Shown here: positions 20,301 through 29,828 of the stretch, piece by piece
Layout: every line of letters starts with the position of its first letter
Numbering within the stretch: the first letter of the stretch is position 1
Assembly: GCA_964291405.2 (NCBI GenBank)
Contig: OZ219926.1
Coordinates: 2,016,001-2,080,000, forward strand
Direction: 5' to 3'
From: Thermodesulfobacteriota bacterium
Lineage (GTDB): Bacteria; Desulfobacterota; Binatia; Bin18
Length of the DNA: 64,000 nt
Made by a program: the position numbers and the translations under genes
The notes under the pieces: generated by a model
Told to the model about the DNA's origin: nothing
What the model saw: only the letters and a program-made list of their open reading frames with translations
The model's database searches: none

Positions 20301-21094
20301 AACCGTAGCTCCTCAAGACAGCGCTGAAGCGAGCGGGTCAATACGTGTCCCCAGCGCGCCTGTCCCGCTGTGTTGCGAATAAGATCGTTTCGTATCTCGA
20401 TTAACACGTGCGGGATACCACGCGCCTCACCGAACCGCGGAATGGTACTGTCTTCATCATCAGCCACAACGTAGGGCTCGTTCATACCGATGACGGCATC
20501 GGGCGCTTCGACGCGCAGGTGATGGGCCAGCACTGTCGCCAGTGCGTCATCGCGATTGAACAAGAGCCCCATATGCCACGGTCGATCGACTCCGTTGAGC
20601 GTTGGGGTAAAACTGTGGATACACACCAAAACAGTCGGCACTGATCGTTGCTCTCGGTCATCGAGTGTCTGCTCGATACTATCACTGAAAGGCTGCCAAA
20701 TCTCGCGTATACGTTGTGCTCGTTGCGCGTCCGAAAGACTCACGTTACCTGGGACACTGACCCCTGCTGAGGCTCCGGGAATGAAATCCGGCACCCCAAG
20801 CGGTCTATTACAATCCACCACCAAGCGAGAGTATCTTTGATAGATGAGTTCGCCTGGAAGAGTACTCGCCAACTCCCGCGCAACGGCTAACGCTCCGATG
20901 TCCCAGCCAATATGGCTCTGCCGTTCAGATTGCGAGAGCCCGAGCGTGCCGAGTTGTGACGGTATGACGTTTCCCGCATGCTCGCAGACAAGGAGAAGGG
21001 GCGTGTTCGCCTGCTGATGGAGATGGCCGATCGGAGGGACATCATGAGGTTGTAGCAGCGATGGTTCAGGAGGGTCCAAGGAGCGAGCGTACAA
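20291..21094 (-). CDS. N-formylglutamate amidohydrolase family protein
   Basis: VCEHAGN, SHIGWDIGA, YSRLVVDCNRP, IHSFTP, NEPY, LIEIRNDLI; TTG start uncertain. Confidence 0.9.
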   Translation of the reverse strand: MYARSLDPPEPSLLQPHDVPPIGHLHQQANTPLLLVCEHAGNVIPSQLGTLGLSQSERQSHIGWDIGALAVARELASTLPGELIYQRYSRLVVDCNRPLGVPDFIPGASAGVSVPGNVSLSDAQRAQRIREIWQPFSDSIEQTLDDREQRSVPTVLVCIHSFTPTLNGVDRPWHMGLLFNRDDALATVLAHHLRVEAPDAVIGMNEPYVVADDEDSTIPRFGEARGIPHVLIEIRNDLIRNTAGQARWGHVLTRSLQRCLEELRLCT

Positions 21095-21202
21095 AAACGA
21101 GAGTCGTATTTCAACATTGCCGCTTCTGCTTTGTCACCGCATGCAGCTACAGACACTCGCACCCTTTCCACCTGCTCGGTAAGAGCCGGTGGCCACGCAG
21201 GA

Positions 21203-22216
21203 CTACAAGAAGTGCGGCATGAGATGGGTCCTGACTGCCTCCAGGGTGGCCGTGGGCCTGATGCCCGGTACCTCGAACGCGACTGGACTGGTGAGTCCGG
21301 CGTCGACCAGGGCGGCCAGCCTGTGGCGGCAGTGCTCCGGGTCACCGGCAATCGCAAAAGTATCGATCATCCAATCCGTTACCAGATCGACGGGCAGGTC
21401 ACCTGCGGCAAACCGCTCGCCGAAAGGCTGCACGTCGCTGGCGGCAAGACCGGGACAGGAGAAGAGCGGATGCTCCGGCTGGCCGCTTAACAGCCCGATC
21501 CAGGTGGCCAGAAAGGGCTTGACGGCCTCACGGGCAGCGGCCGCGTCTTCGGCAACGGCAATAGTCAGCAGACCGCCGACTTCAAAGTCCGTCCAGTCTT
21601 TGCCTGCGGCGGTCGCTCCTTGTCTGAGACACTCTACCGCGTAGCGCACATAGGCCGGGCTCAGCAGTACGGCCAGCAGAGCCCCGTCGGCAATCTGGCC
21701 TGCCAGGGTCAGGTTCTGCGGGCCCAGTACCCCCAGGTGAATCGGCACGTCCGGCCGGGGGGGATGAAAATTGAAACAGGCAGCCGTGGTCTGGAACACC
21801 TGTCCGGTATACGTCACCGCCTCACCCCGAAAGAGCGCCCGGATAATCTCCACGCCTTCCCGCATTGAGGTGGCCGGTTTTGTGTACGGAATCCCGAGTT
21901 GCCCCTCAATCCAGGGGGCGACACTCGCGCCCATACCCAACACCGCGCGGCCGTCGGATATTTCTTCCAGGGAACCCAGCTCCATCGCCGTCAGGACGGG
22001 GTGGCGCGTATAGGGGTTGAGCACACCGATGCCGACACGGAGCGAAGTTGTGCACGCCGCGATGGCGCTGGCCAAGCTGAACGCCCCGCGGTGCACATAA
22101 TCTTCCGGCACCCAATAGGTCCCAAAGCCGTCGGCTTCGGCCTGTCGGGCCGTCGCCATGCATTCCCGAGCCGTCAGATGCTGAAAGCTCACGCCAAATT
22201 CCTTCACCTGTCCCAT
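21203..22216 (-). CDS. LLM-class oxidoreductase, Mer-like (probably F420-dependent)
   Basis: GIGVLNPYTRHP, SDGRAVLGMGAS, LAGQIADG. Confidence 0.85.
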   Translation of the reverse strand: MGQVKEFGVSFQHLTARECMATARQAEADGFGTYWVPEDYVHRGAFSLASAIAACTTSLRVGIGVLNPYTRHPVLTAMELGSLEEISDGRAVLGMGASVAPWIEGQLGIPYTKPATSMREGVEIIRALFRGEAVTYTGQVFQTTAACFNFHPPRPDVPIHLGVLGPQNLTLAGQIADGALLAVLLSPAYVRYAVECLRQGATAAGKDWTDFEVGGLLTIAVAEDAAAAREAVKPFLATWIGLLSGQPEHPLFSCPGLAASDVQPFGERFAAGDLPVDLVTDWMIDTFAIAGDPEHCRHRLAALVDAGLTSPVAFEVPGIRPTATLEAVRTHLMPHFL

Positions 22217-22260
22217 CGAAACCTCTCAGTGTGATTTTGAGACGGGTTTTGAAACCCTTT

Positions 22261-22722
22261 TTACCCTGCGTTTTTCTGCTCCTCGTAGGCGCTGGCAAAA
22301 TCCTCCAGGCTGAGCGTCACGTTGACGTTGAGGTCGTCGTCGAGCCCCTCGAATAACACGCCATCCTTGCCCCGCACACTGTAGAAAACGACACCCCCGC
22401 CATCACCGGCGCCTTCGCGATGCGGGTCGCCCGGTAGACTGGAGGTGTAGCTGCCCACGGGACGAATCTCCATGAGCGAACCGTCGGGCTCATACAGCCG
22501 GTGCTCACCCTGTACGACAAAGGTGCTGGTGAGGGCCAGATGTCGGTGTAGGAATATCTGCTCGTGAGCCGGGAATTTGAGTATAAAGTCGACGATGAGC
22601 TTTTCGCGATCCACATCGAGCATGGCAAACACGAAATGCTCGAAATCGCCTAATCTGTACCAGCGCGTATTGCGGTCATCGAAGGTATACCGCGGTGTCT
22701 CGGCCGTGTGAGTGGTTGTCAT
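22261..22722 (-). CDS. Cupin-domain protein (ChrR/DAD-like)
   Basis: LHRH..FVVQGEH and GDPHREG cupin metal motifs; alternative start 22752. Confidence 0.7.
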   Translation of the reverse strand: MTTTHTAETPRYTFDDRNTRWYRLGDFEHFVFAMLDVDREKLIVDFILKFPAHEQIFLHRHLALTSTFVVQGEHRLYEPDGSLMEIRPVGSYTSSLPGDPHREGAGDGGGVVFYSVRGKDGVLFEGLDDDLNVNVTLSLEDFASAYEEQKNAG

Positions 22723-22773
22723 ATCGTGCCCTCTCTCGGTTGGTGTTGTCATCCGTTTTTGCGATACGGCGCG

Positions 22774-23586
22774 TTAGGCGCTGCCGACGTCGCTATAATC
22801 TCCGTGTCGCCCCTTCCCACTGCTGAACCGCATGGCACCCGCGAGACCTTCGGTCTCAACGATATCGACACTGTTTTCCCACTCGGTCCGCAGGGCGTCA
22901 GCGACCGGTAAGCCATGCTGCCGATAGACCGAGCGGCGGTCCGCGCGCACGCAGCCCTGCGGAAAACGGGCAATCTCCTGGGCGAGCGCCTCGGCAGCCT
23001 CTCGCGAGCACCCGTCAGCGACCACCTGCTCGCAGGCGCCGATGCGCAGACACTCCTCGGCTGGCACTTTGCGACCGGTCAGGATGATTTCGAGGGCACG
23101 TCCCTGTCCAACCAGTCGCGGCAGGCGGACCGTACCCCCGTCGATCAACGGCACCCCCCAGCGTCGGCAGTAGACCCCAAAGTAGGCGCTCTGCTCCATC
23201 ACGCGGATATCGCACCACAACGCCAGCTCGAAGCCGCCCGCGACCGCCGGACCCGCGACCGCAGCAATCACCGGTTTCGACAGCCCAAGCCGGGTCGGCC
23301 CCATGGCGCCACGCGGCGGCGTGCTACCGTCTTTTGGAAAGTCGAGGTCCCGGAGCGGTTTTGTACGCCCTTGGAGCGCACTCGCGTATTTCAGATCCCA
23401 GCCGGCGCAGAACGCCCCGCCTTCACCCCAGAGCACGGCCACACTAGCATCCGGGTCGGCCTCGAACTGCTCGAAGGCCGTCACCAACGCCTCCGCGCTG
23501 GCGGGGTCCATGGCGTTGCGCGCTTCGAAGCGGCTGTGAATGACGGTCGTCACGGCACCCTTCTTTTCAATGCGTACGGTCATCAC
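22774..23586 (-). CDS. Enoyl-CoA hydratase/crotonase family protein
   Basis: AFCAGWDL, KPVIAAVAGPAVAGGFELALWCD, GVPLIDGGTVRLPRLVG. Confidence 0.93.
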   Translation of the reverse strand: MMTVRIEKKGAVTTVIHSRFEARNAMDPASAEALVTAFEQFEADPDASVAVLWGEGGAFCAGWDLKYASALQGRTKPLRDLDFPKDGSTPPRGAMGPTRLGLSKPVIAAVAGPAVAGGFELALWCDIRVMEQSAYFGVYCRRWGVPLIDGGTVRLPRLVGQGRALEIILTGRKVPAEECLRIGACEQVVADGCSREAAEALAQEIARFPQGCVRADRRSVYRQHGLPVADALRTEWENSVDIVETEGLAGAMRFSSGKGRHGDYSDVGSA

Positions 23587-23838
23587 TATCTCCTTCGTCG
23601 TTCAGGTTTGCCGAGCCTGTATGCTGTGTTTCGTTTCTTGTAAACCGGGACGGGAATTCCCATCGAAACCTCCGTCGGTCGGGCCGGGCCGGGCCGCGCT
23701 GAGCGGGTCCTTTTTGTACGGCCCGCCCCGGTTGCTGTCAACAAAGGCCACCGCGAGCGTTGCCACGCTCTTGCCGCCTTCGCCTCTCGCCGGGTATCGT
23801 GCCCTCGGCCCAATATCGGCCCGCTCGGAACATGACCC

Positions 23839-25212
23839 ATGCCACGCCACGTCCTCCAGTCCTCGGTTCTTATCGCCAGTGCCAGCGCCGTGCTGGTCTC
23901 GCTCGATACGTCCGTGAATATCGCCTTCCCGGCAATTACGACAGCCTTTGGCCTGGACGTCACAGCCATGCAGTGGGTTGTGGTCAGCTACGTCCTGACC
24001 TATGCCAGCCTGCTGCTCGGCTGCGGCAAGGTCGCCGATGTATGGGGTCACCGCCGCGTCCTGAGCTGGGGTCTGATCGCCATCTCCGTCGCCCTGCTGC
24101 TATGCGGCCTGGCGCCCACCTTTCCCCTGCTGCTCGGAGCCCGGATTGTTCAGGGTATCGCCGTAGCCCTTATTTTTGCCGCGGCCCCGGCGTTGGCTAC
24201 ACTGTCGGTCCCACCACCCGCCCGGGGTCGCGTCCTCGGCATTTTTCAGATGAGTGCGGCGGTCGGCTTTGCCTTGGGCCCCCTCGTCGGTGGCCTCTTG
24301 GTCGGCAGCTTTGGCTGGCGCGCGGTGTATCTGTTTCGGGTCGTGCCGGCCCTGGTGCTGGGCTGGTGGGCGTTCAGACAGACCCCGGCAGCCACCAAGC
24401 AGACCACCCGGCCCGCCTTTGACTCCCTCGGCATGCTCAGCCTGGCGGGCGGTATCGCCGGACTTCTGCTGGCCATGAGTCGGGGCCAGACCGCAGGCTG
24501 GCATTCACCCCTCGTCCTGACCCTGCTGGGGCTCTCGGGCCTGAGCTTTGCCCTGTTTATGAAGGTCGAAAGCACGGCCAACGCCCCGGTCGTGGACCTC
24601 GGCCTGTTCCGCCGGCCGGCCTTCACTCTGGCCAACGCTCTGAATGTGCTGGCGAACGGCGCCATGTTTGCGATTTGGCTCCTCGTCCCCCACTATACCG
24701 TGCAGGTCCTCGGGCATCCCGAAACCACCGCCGGGCTGGTATTGGTAGCCACCCCCCTAGCTACCGCCCTGGTGGCTCCGCTGGCGGGTGCGCTCACGGA
24801 CCGGATAGGGACCAGGCTGTTGAGTTCTGTGGGGCTCGGTCTCGAGGCCTGCGGGCTGTGGCTGATGAGTACGCTATCCGGCGAAACCGCCATCCTGCCG
24901 GCCGTGTTGACGCTTGGCCTGGTTGGAGCGGGCGTCGGGCTCTTCCAGGTGCCCAATATGAGCTTTGTGATGGGGGCGATTCCCCGCGACCAGCAGGGGG
25001 TCGCGGGCGGGATGAGCCAGATGATGCGGACGCTGGGCGTCGTCCTCGGCGTGACCGGCGCCAGTACGCTGTTTGCCAGCCGCAAGATGATGTATGCGGC
25101 GTCCGGCTCCGGGGCGTATATAGACTCGTTTATGCCAGCCTTCCAGGACGTGTTCCTGGTCTGTGCGGGGGTCTGTTTGTGTGCGTGTGTGCTGTCCGTG
25201 CTCCGCCGGTAA
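23839..25212 (+). CDS. MFS transporter (DHA2/EmrB-like)
   Basis: LDTSVNIAFP, GKVADVWGHRR (motif A), ARIVQG, LGPLVGG; many hydrophobic helices. Confidence 0.92.
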   Translation: MPRHVLQSSVLIASASAVLVSLDTSVNIAFPAITTAFGLDVTAMQWVVVSYVLTYASLLLGCGKVADVWGHRRVLSWGLIAISVALLLCGLAPTFPLLLGARIVQGIAVALIFAAAPALATLSVPPPARGRVLGIFQMSAAVGFALGPLVGGLLVGSFGWRAVYLFRVVPALVLGWWAFRQTPAATKQTTRPAFDSLGMLSLAGGIAGLLLAMSRGQTAGWHSPLVLTLLGLSGLSFALFMKVESTANAPVVDLGLFRRPAFTLANALNVLANGAMFAIWLLVPHYTVQVLGHPETTAGLVLVATPLATALVAPLAGALTDRIGTRLLSSVGLGLEACGLWLMSTLSGETAILPAVLTLGLVGAGVGLFQVPNMSFVMGAIPRDQQGVAGGMSQMMRTLGVVLGVTGASTLFASRKMMYAASGSGAYIDSFMPAFQDVFLVCAGVCLCACVLSVLRR

Positions 25213-25321
25213 CGACCGCAACTTTCTCTTTCAAATCTTGCATGGCGTTCTCTCTTTACTCCGCTTCGACCCAGCGGTCGTCCCGCTTATGAAACCGGAG
25301 GCTGGCCCGTATAGGTCCCGG

Positions 25322-25750
25322 TTAGTTTTTGTTGTCCTGCGTTTGGTCTTGAATTTTGACTTCAACGAAAACCGCGCCGGACCATTCCGCCCGCATATAG
25401 GTCCACGGACGCAGTTTCCTGAACCCCGCGCCGCTTCGCTCGGGATCATCGAGAATGGGGGTAGCCCAGCCTGTGTACTCCGTTCCCTGAATGAGCATCG
25501 TGACTTCCGCGCCGCCCTCAAGATGTTTCTCCCACCCGAAATCGCTTCCGATGGAGACCATATCCCCCTCGCGCAGGTAGTTCACAGGAAACGTTTTCAT
25601 CTGTGCCGTCTCCCGGTCTTTCATTGTGATGAGCATAGTCCGGCCACTGAACAGCGTATGCTGCTCGGATTGCAGGATGATTGGCATCAGAGGATGGTAG
25701 GCCGCGGCGAGTACGGAGAGGCCGGCTACTATGGAAATAATAGTGATCAT
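25322..25750 (-). CDS. Small split-barrel protein, deazaflavin-dependent nitroreductase (DDN)-like, divergent
   Basis: HPLMPIILQS..MLIT..PVNY..WEKHLEGGAEV pattern; N-terminal hydrophobic anchor; GGAG RBS. Confidence 0.55.
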   Translation of the reverse strand: MITIISIVAGLSVLAAAYHPLMPIILQSEQHTLFSGRTMLITMKDRETAQMKTFPVNYLREGDMVSIGSDFGWEKHLEGGAEVTMLIQGTEYTGWATPILDDPERSGAGFRKLRPWTYMRAEWSGAVFVEVKIQDQTQDNKN

Positions 25751-25765
25751 ACGTCTTCTCCATCC

Positions 25766-26668
25766 TTATATCGCATACGTCACACCCGTGCGCTGCTCCG
25801 ACAGTTCCCAAAGTCTTTTGGCGTTTTCGTCGTTACGGGCGTGTTTGCTCATATACGCCTTAGCCGGCGGGCCGGTCATCTCGAATGGACCGCCAGGCCC
25901 GAAGTAGTCACCTCCGCTGACATCCCCAGCCGTGGCTGCATGGAGCGTCGGAAGCGCACCGGCAGGCGGGTCCTGTGCCACAAACGGAAAACTCATGAAA
26001 AACCGAAAACTCGGTTTATACTGCTGTAAATTGGTTCGGGTCGAACCAGGATGGGCCGCCGTGGAGAGCGGAGAGCCTTTCTCCGTGTGATAGCGACGTT
26101 GCAGCTCTCGCATGAACAGCAAATTGGCCAGCTTGCTATAGCCATACGCCCGGTTCGGTGAATATTTCTTTTCCGCATCCAGATTGTCGAAATGCATGAG
26201 ACCATACCGATGCATGATACTGCTCACGGTCACGATGCGTGAGTTTTCCGTTTTGAGTAATAGCGCCAGTAAGCGCCCGGTCAGCGCAAAGTGACCGAGA
26301 TGATTCGTGCCAAACTGCCGCTCGAAACCGTCCACTGTCCGCTCCAAAGAAGGCACCATCATGATCCCCGCGTTGTTGATCAACAGGTCGAGGTTTTGAT
26401 AGACGGCGGTAAAATTCTCGGCGAACGTTTTAACGGACTCCAAGCTCGCCAAGTCGAGTGGTTGAAATTCGATCTTGGCCTGCGGAGCGCTTTGCCGAAT
26501 ATCCGCACACGCGGCTTCGCCTTTTTCTTTATTCCGGCAGGCGAGGATCACCTGAGCGCCTTTTTGTGCGAGAACGCGGGCCGTCTCCAGGCCGATACCG
26601 CTGTTTGCACCGGTCACAATCGCAAGTCGTCCGGTTTGATCCGGAACGTCTTTTTCGCTCCATGCCAT
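25766..26668 (-). CDS. SDR oxidoreductase (retinol-dehydrogenase-like)
   Basis: TGANSGIG, NNAG, TNHLGHF, YGYSKLAN (YxxxK), AAHPG. Confidence 0.93.
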   Translation of the reverse strand: MAWSEKDVPDQTGRLAIVTGANSGIGLETARVLAQKGAQVILACRNKEKGEAACADIRQSAPQAKIEFQPLDLASLESVKTFAENFTAVYQNLDLLINNAGIMMVPSLERTVDGFERQFGTNHLGHFALTGRLLALLLKTENSRIVTVSSIMHRYGLMHFDNLDAEKKYSPNRAYGYSKLANLLFMRELQRRYHTEKGSPLSTAAHPGSTRTNLQQYKPSFRFFMSFPFVAQDPPAGALPTLHAATAGDVSGGDYFGPGGPFEMTGPPAKAYMSKHARNDENAKRLWELSEQRTGVTYAI

Positions 26669-26679
26669 ATGGAGATCCT

Positions 26680-27141
26680 CTATCGGCGGGGTGTGACTCG
26701 GACGGCAACCATCTTGCTGGCCTGAACCCGTCCGGCCAGCGGCATAGCCCAATACGTCAACCAGGCCATCCAGTATTTTTTCTTATATGCCGCATTGATC
26801 CGATCTAGGATCACGGGATCGGTTACGATTTGGGTTTCCCCGCTAAAAGCTGGAGCTCGCTTCTCGTCCAGCCAGACCAGGACCGGGCTCCCCCTCCGAA
26901 TCCGGCGGGCTTTGAATGAGGTCGGAGCAGTGATGAAATAGATCGCCTCATCCTCATACGCGAACCAGATAGGAGCCGGGCGGCTCCAGTCACCATTGGC
27001 GCGCTTGGTGGCCACGGAGATTAACTTTTGTGTTTTCAGGAAAGTTTTGACCGATGGGTTCAGTGCGCCTCCGCTGTCTGCCATGCTCCCGCTACCCACA
27101 CTAAGAATGAGAACAATTCCAAGGAGCCTCTTCGGAGTCAT
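26680..27141 (-). CDS. Pyridoxamine 5'-phosphate oxidase-like (PPOX) split-barrel protein with N-terminal signal/anchor
   Basis: SVATKRANG..PIWF..IYFIT..SFKARRIRR; KRLLGIVLILSVG leader. Confidence 0.7.
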   Translation of the reverse strand: MTPKRLLGIVLILSVGSGSMADSGGALNPSVKTFLKTQKLISVATKRANGDWSRPAPIWFAYEDEAIYFITAPTSFKARRIRRGSPVLVWLDEKRAPAFSGETQIVTDPVILDRINAAYKKKYWMAWLTYWAMPLAGRVQASKMVAVRVTPRR

Positions 27142-27268
27142 GATGGCCTCTCGGTGACTGCTGCACGCGCGGCATTGCCCAGCCGGTCAGCCACCCGGAC
27201 CGGAGAGATGCACAAGCTGGGACTGGGACCGTCACCCTACCTCACTTGGCTACAATCGCGGTAATCCG

Positions 27269-28393
27269 TCAAATCCCAAAGAAACGACTGGCATTCCCCC
27301 CCAGAATTTTATCCACCGACTCGGGCGGCAGCGAAGACAAGGTTTCACGCGCTTTGCGCACAGGCTCAACAAAGCCCTCGGCGTGGGGATAGTCGGAGCC
27401 GACGAAGAATTTTTCGTCTCCAGCAAATTGGACGATGAGGGGGAACATCCTCTCTTCGGGATCGCCGTTAATCCAGATGTTGCGCTCGAAGTATTCGGAC
27501 GCCGGGCGCTCCATCTGGGAGGTATGGCCCATGTATTTATACCGGTAGTCGAGCCGTTCCAGCCATTCGCCAATCCAGCCGACCATGGCCTCTATAGTGG
27601 CCACCCGCAGGCGGGGAAAGCGTTCCAGCACACCATCGTAGACCATGGTGGTCAGCGCCATGCGCGGGTCCTGAATCAGATTCATGGTCACGAACATCAT
27701 GCCGGGGTCGCGGTCGCGATACCATTCGCGCCCGGTCGAATGCTTATGCCCGGTCAAATGGATACCGACACTCAGGTCCAAATCCTGCACCGCAGCCCAG
27801 ATGGGGTCCAAATCCGGGTGGCCGAAGCTGCGACCGTTGATGGGGGCCGCGGCAACAAATATCGTCCGGCAGCCCAGCTTGGCAACCCGGTTGAGTTCAC
27901 GCACAGCCAGCTCCGCGTCGCGCAGGGAGATATGCGCCGCAGGAAACAGTCGATCGCTATGGCTGGCGCACAGTTCAAACGCCCAGGTGTTATAGGCCCG
28001 GCTCAGGGCGTCGGCAAAGACCGGGTCCTCCACGGTGCCTTCCCATAAGAGGCCGAGCGTGGGGTAGATGACCTGGGCGTGAATACCTTCGGCATCCAAA
28101 AACTCGACCCGCTTGTCCATATTCTGCCAATCCGGGCTGAGCGCCAGATATTGATCGAAGTGGCCGACGTCCCGGCCCATTTCTTTCTGCCCATAGGCCA
28201 CCACTGCGGCCAACAGGTCTGTGGCGTTGACCATCTTGAGGGGTTTGCCGTCCACCAGGATGGTCGGCTCCCCGCTGGTCGCGTCCTTTTCCACCCGCAT
28301 GGCCCGCTCCCGAAATGCCGGATCAATATAGCGGGGGTAGAGGTCAAGCGGCTCCATAAAGTGGCTGTCGCCATCGATCACGTTCATTGACAT
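27269..28393 (-). CDS. Amidohydrolase_2 family protein
   Basis: IDGDSH, QVIYPT, AYNTW, GIHL, TIEA, GSDYPH. Confidence 0.92.
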   Translation of the reverse strand: MSMNVIDGDSHFMEPLDLYPRYIDPAFRERAMRVEKDATSGEPTILVDGKPLKMVNATDLLAAVVAYGQKEMGRDVGHFDQYLALSPDWQNMDKRVEFLDAEGIHAQVIYPTLGLLWEGTVEDPVFADALSRAYNTWAFELCASHSDRLFPAAHISLRDAELAVRELNRVAKLGCRTIFVAAAPINGRSFGHPDLDPIWAAVQDLDLSVGIHLTGHKHSTGREWYRDRDPGMMFVTMNLIQDPRMALTTMVYDGVLERFPRLRVATIEAMVGWIGEWLERLDYRYKYMGHTSQMERPASEYFERNIWINGDPEERMFPLIVQFAGDEKFFVGSDYPHAEGFVEPVRKARETLSSLPPESVDKILGGNASRFFGI

Positions 28394-28482
28394 GCTCCTC
28401 TCAGTTCGACTCCGGCAAAAAATTCCGTATGTTCTCGGAATGTGAACTACTCTACCATTGGTGCTCGTGTTGAGAAATATCT

Positions 28483-29523
28483 CTACACACTGGGTTGTTC
28501 GACGCTCTGCACGGCGGTCACCGTGTTCTCCTCGCCCGCTTGACTTCCCCACACCGCATCGTACGCAAAGTCGCTACCGATCCGTGCCAGCTCGGCTCTG
28601 CATGTCGTATCAACGAAGTCCTGCTGTTCGGGAGATAAGAGCTCGGCTGACCCCCCGCTGACTCCGCGGCGGATCATCTGCCGGTTGGGCGACGACCATG
28701 GGGTGAGTGCCGGCGGCTTGAATTTTTCGTCCATGCTTTTCATGTACGCAAACGAACTCTTCTCACAGACCGCGGCAAACTCGTCTGGGGTCAACTCGAC
28801 CTGCATGAACTCGGCAATGCGTCGCACAGCCGCGGCCAGGTCCTGTTTCATCTCCTCGAAGGTCAGGATCAGCAGGTTGGGCAGGTGGCGGTTTTTCCAG
28901 TAGCCGTGCAGGTGTTCGGGCCAGTTGAACAGCGCGGCATCGGAAAAAAAGAGCCGCAGCCAGACCGGTACGGCGGGCATCAGAGGGCCGAACATAACGT
29001 CGCGGGCAAAAGGATAATACGACACAAAGGCGTCCTTGGGGTCGCGTAGAATACAGATGTAGCGGGCGTCCGGGGTGTAGGGGACCTGCTCCCACTCCAA
29101 ATGCGTTTCAATTACCCGCAGGCCGGTGGGCGCGGCTTTGCGGGCGGTATCGTCCGACAGGGGCACGACCAGGTCCTGCCTGGCAAAATCCGGCCACGGC
29201 ACCACATCGTGAATATGCCGGAACTCGCCCTTGCCCCGCATGGCGATTTGATAGGCGATCTGCATGGTCCAGTTCGTGCCGCATTTCGGAAACGTACAGA
29301 CCACCACATCGTGCCGGCTAGGGCGATAGTCGCCAAAATCATGCCCGGCCAGCATCTTGGCCTTCATCTTACGGCTGAGTGCGGCCCAGAGTCGATCCGA
29401 ATACCCGGCCCTATCGACCAGCCACAGCAGCGGCTTGAGAAACACATAGGTCAATACCAGAACGGGATACCGGATGTAGGCGGGGAACAGATCGTGATGA
29501 AACGGACGGTGCGCAGAAGCCAT
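28483..29523 (-). CDS. PAPS-dependent sulfotransferase (Sulfotransfer_1)
   Basis: 5'-PSB TFPKCGTNW, 3'-PB RDPKDAFVS, FEEMK, C-terminal RRGVSGG; start moved to MASAH because the upstream in-frame extension is a gene relic. Confidence 0.9.
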   Translation of the reverse strand: MASAHRPFHHDLFPAYIRYPVLVLTYVFLKPLLWLVDRAGYSDRLWAALSRKMKAKMLAGHDFGDYRPSRHDVVVCTFPKCGTNWTMQIAYQIAMRGKGEFRHIHDVVPWPDFARQDLVVPLSDDTARKAAPTGLRVIETHLEWEQVPYTPDARYICILRDPKDAFVSYYPFARDVMFGPLMPAVPVWLRLFFSDAALFNWPEHLHGYWKNRHLPNLLILTFEEMKQDLAAAVRRIAEFMQVELTPDEFAAVCEKSSFAYMKSMDEKFKPPALTPWSSPNRQMIRRGVSGGSAELLSPEQQDFVDTTCRAELARIGSDFAYDAVWGSQAGEENTVTAVQSVEQPSV

Positions 29524-29545
29524 GCTTTCTCTCTTGTCCGGGTAA

Positions 29546-29631
29546 CGCTCCCCTACCCTACCTTCGACAACAAGTTGTTGGGCGGTAATACCGCCCAGCA
29601 TGCGGGCCATGCTCGCCTCGTCGATGTGGGC
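29546..29631 (-). pseudogene. Decayed duplicate of the 3' end of the amidohydrolase gene at 32091..33374
   Basis: 29563-29631 matches 32112-32180 at 56/69 nt by hand count (AHIDEASMARMLGG conserved); CGCTCCCCTAC occurs at both 29546-29556 and 32073-32083. Confidence 0.85.
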
Positions 29632-29828
29632 GTGAACCTGAACTATGCAAGAAAACCCGGCTGGGCGTCAACAGCACGTCGTTCGACCGGAGCCTCCTAC
29701 TGCGCACCTCGGGCCGCTCGCTTCAATACAAGGCGACACCGAGAAGGCGGTATAACGCCGCCGAGGAGTCACACGGATACTCGATCGGTGCTATTATTAC
29801 CATTAAGCCGACAGGCTGGAGGGAGAGG

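Noticed and set aside
23680-23696. (GGGCC)x3 microrepeat between divergent genes
   Set aside because: Too short and low-complexity for a GC-rich genome
29524-29610. N-terminal extension MARMLGGITAQQ... of the sulfotransferase ORF
   Set aside because: It is the translated relic of the amidohydrolase C-terminus, not a sulfotransferase leader
29632-29828. PqqA-like precursor peptide next to the PQQ dehydrogenase
   Set aside because: No short ORF with an E-x-x-x-Y core and RBS was found
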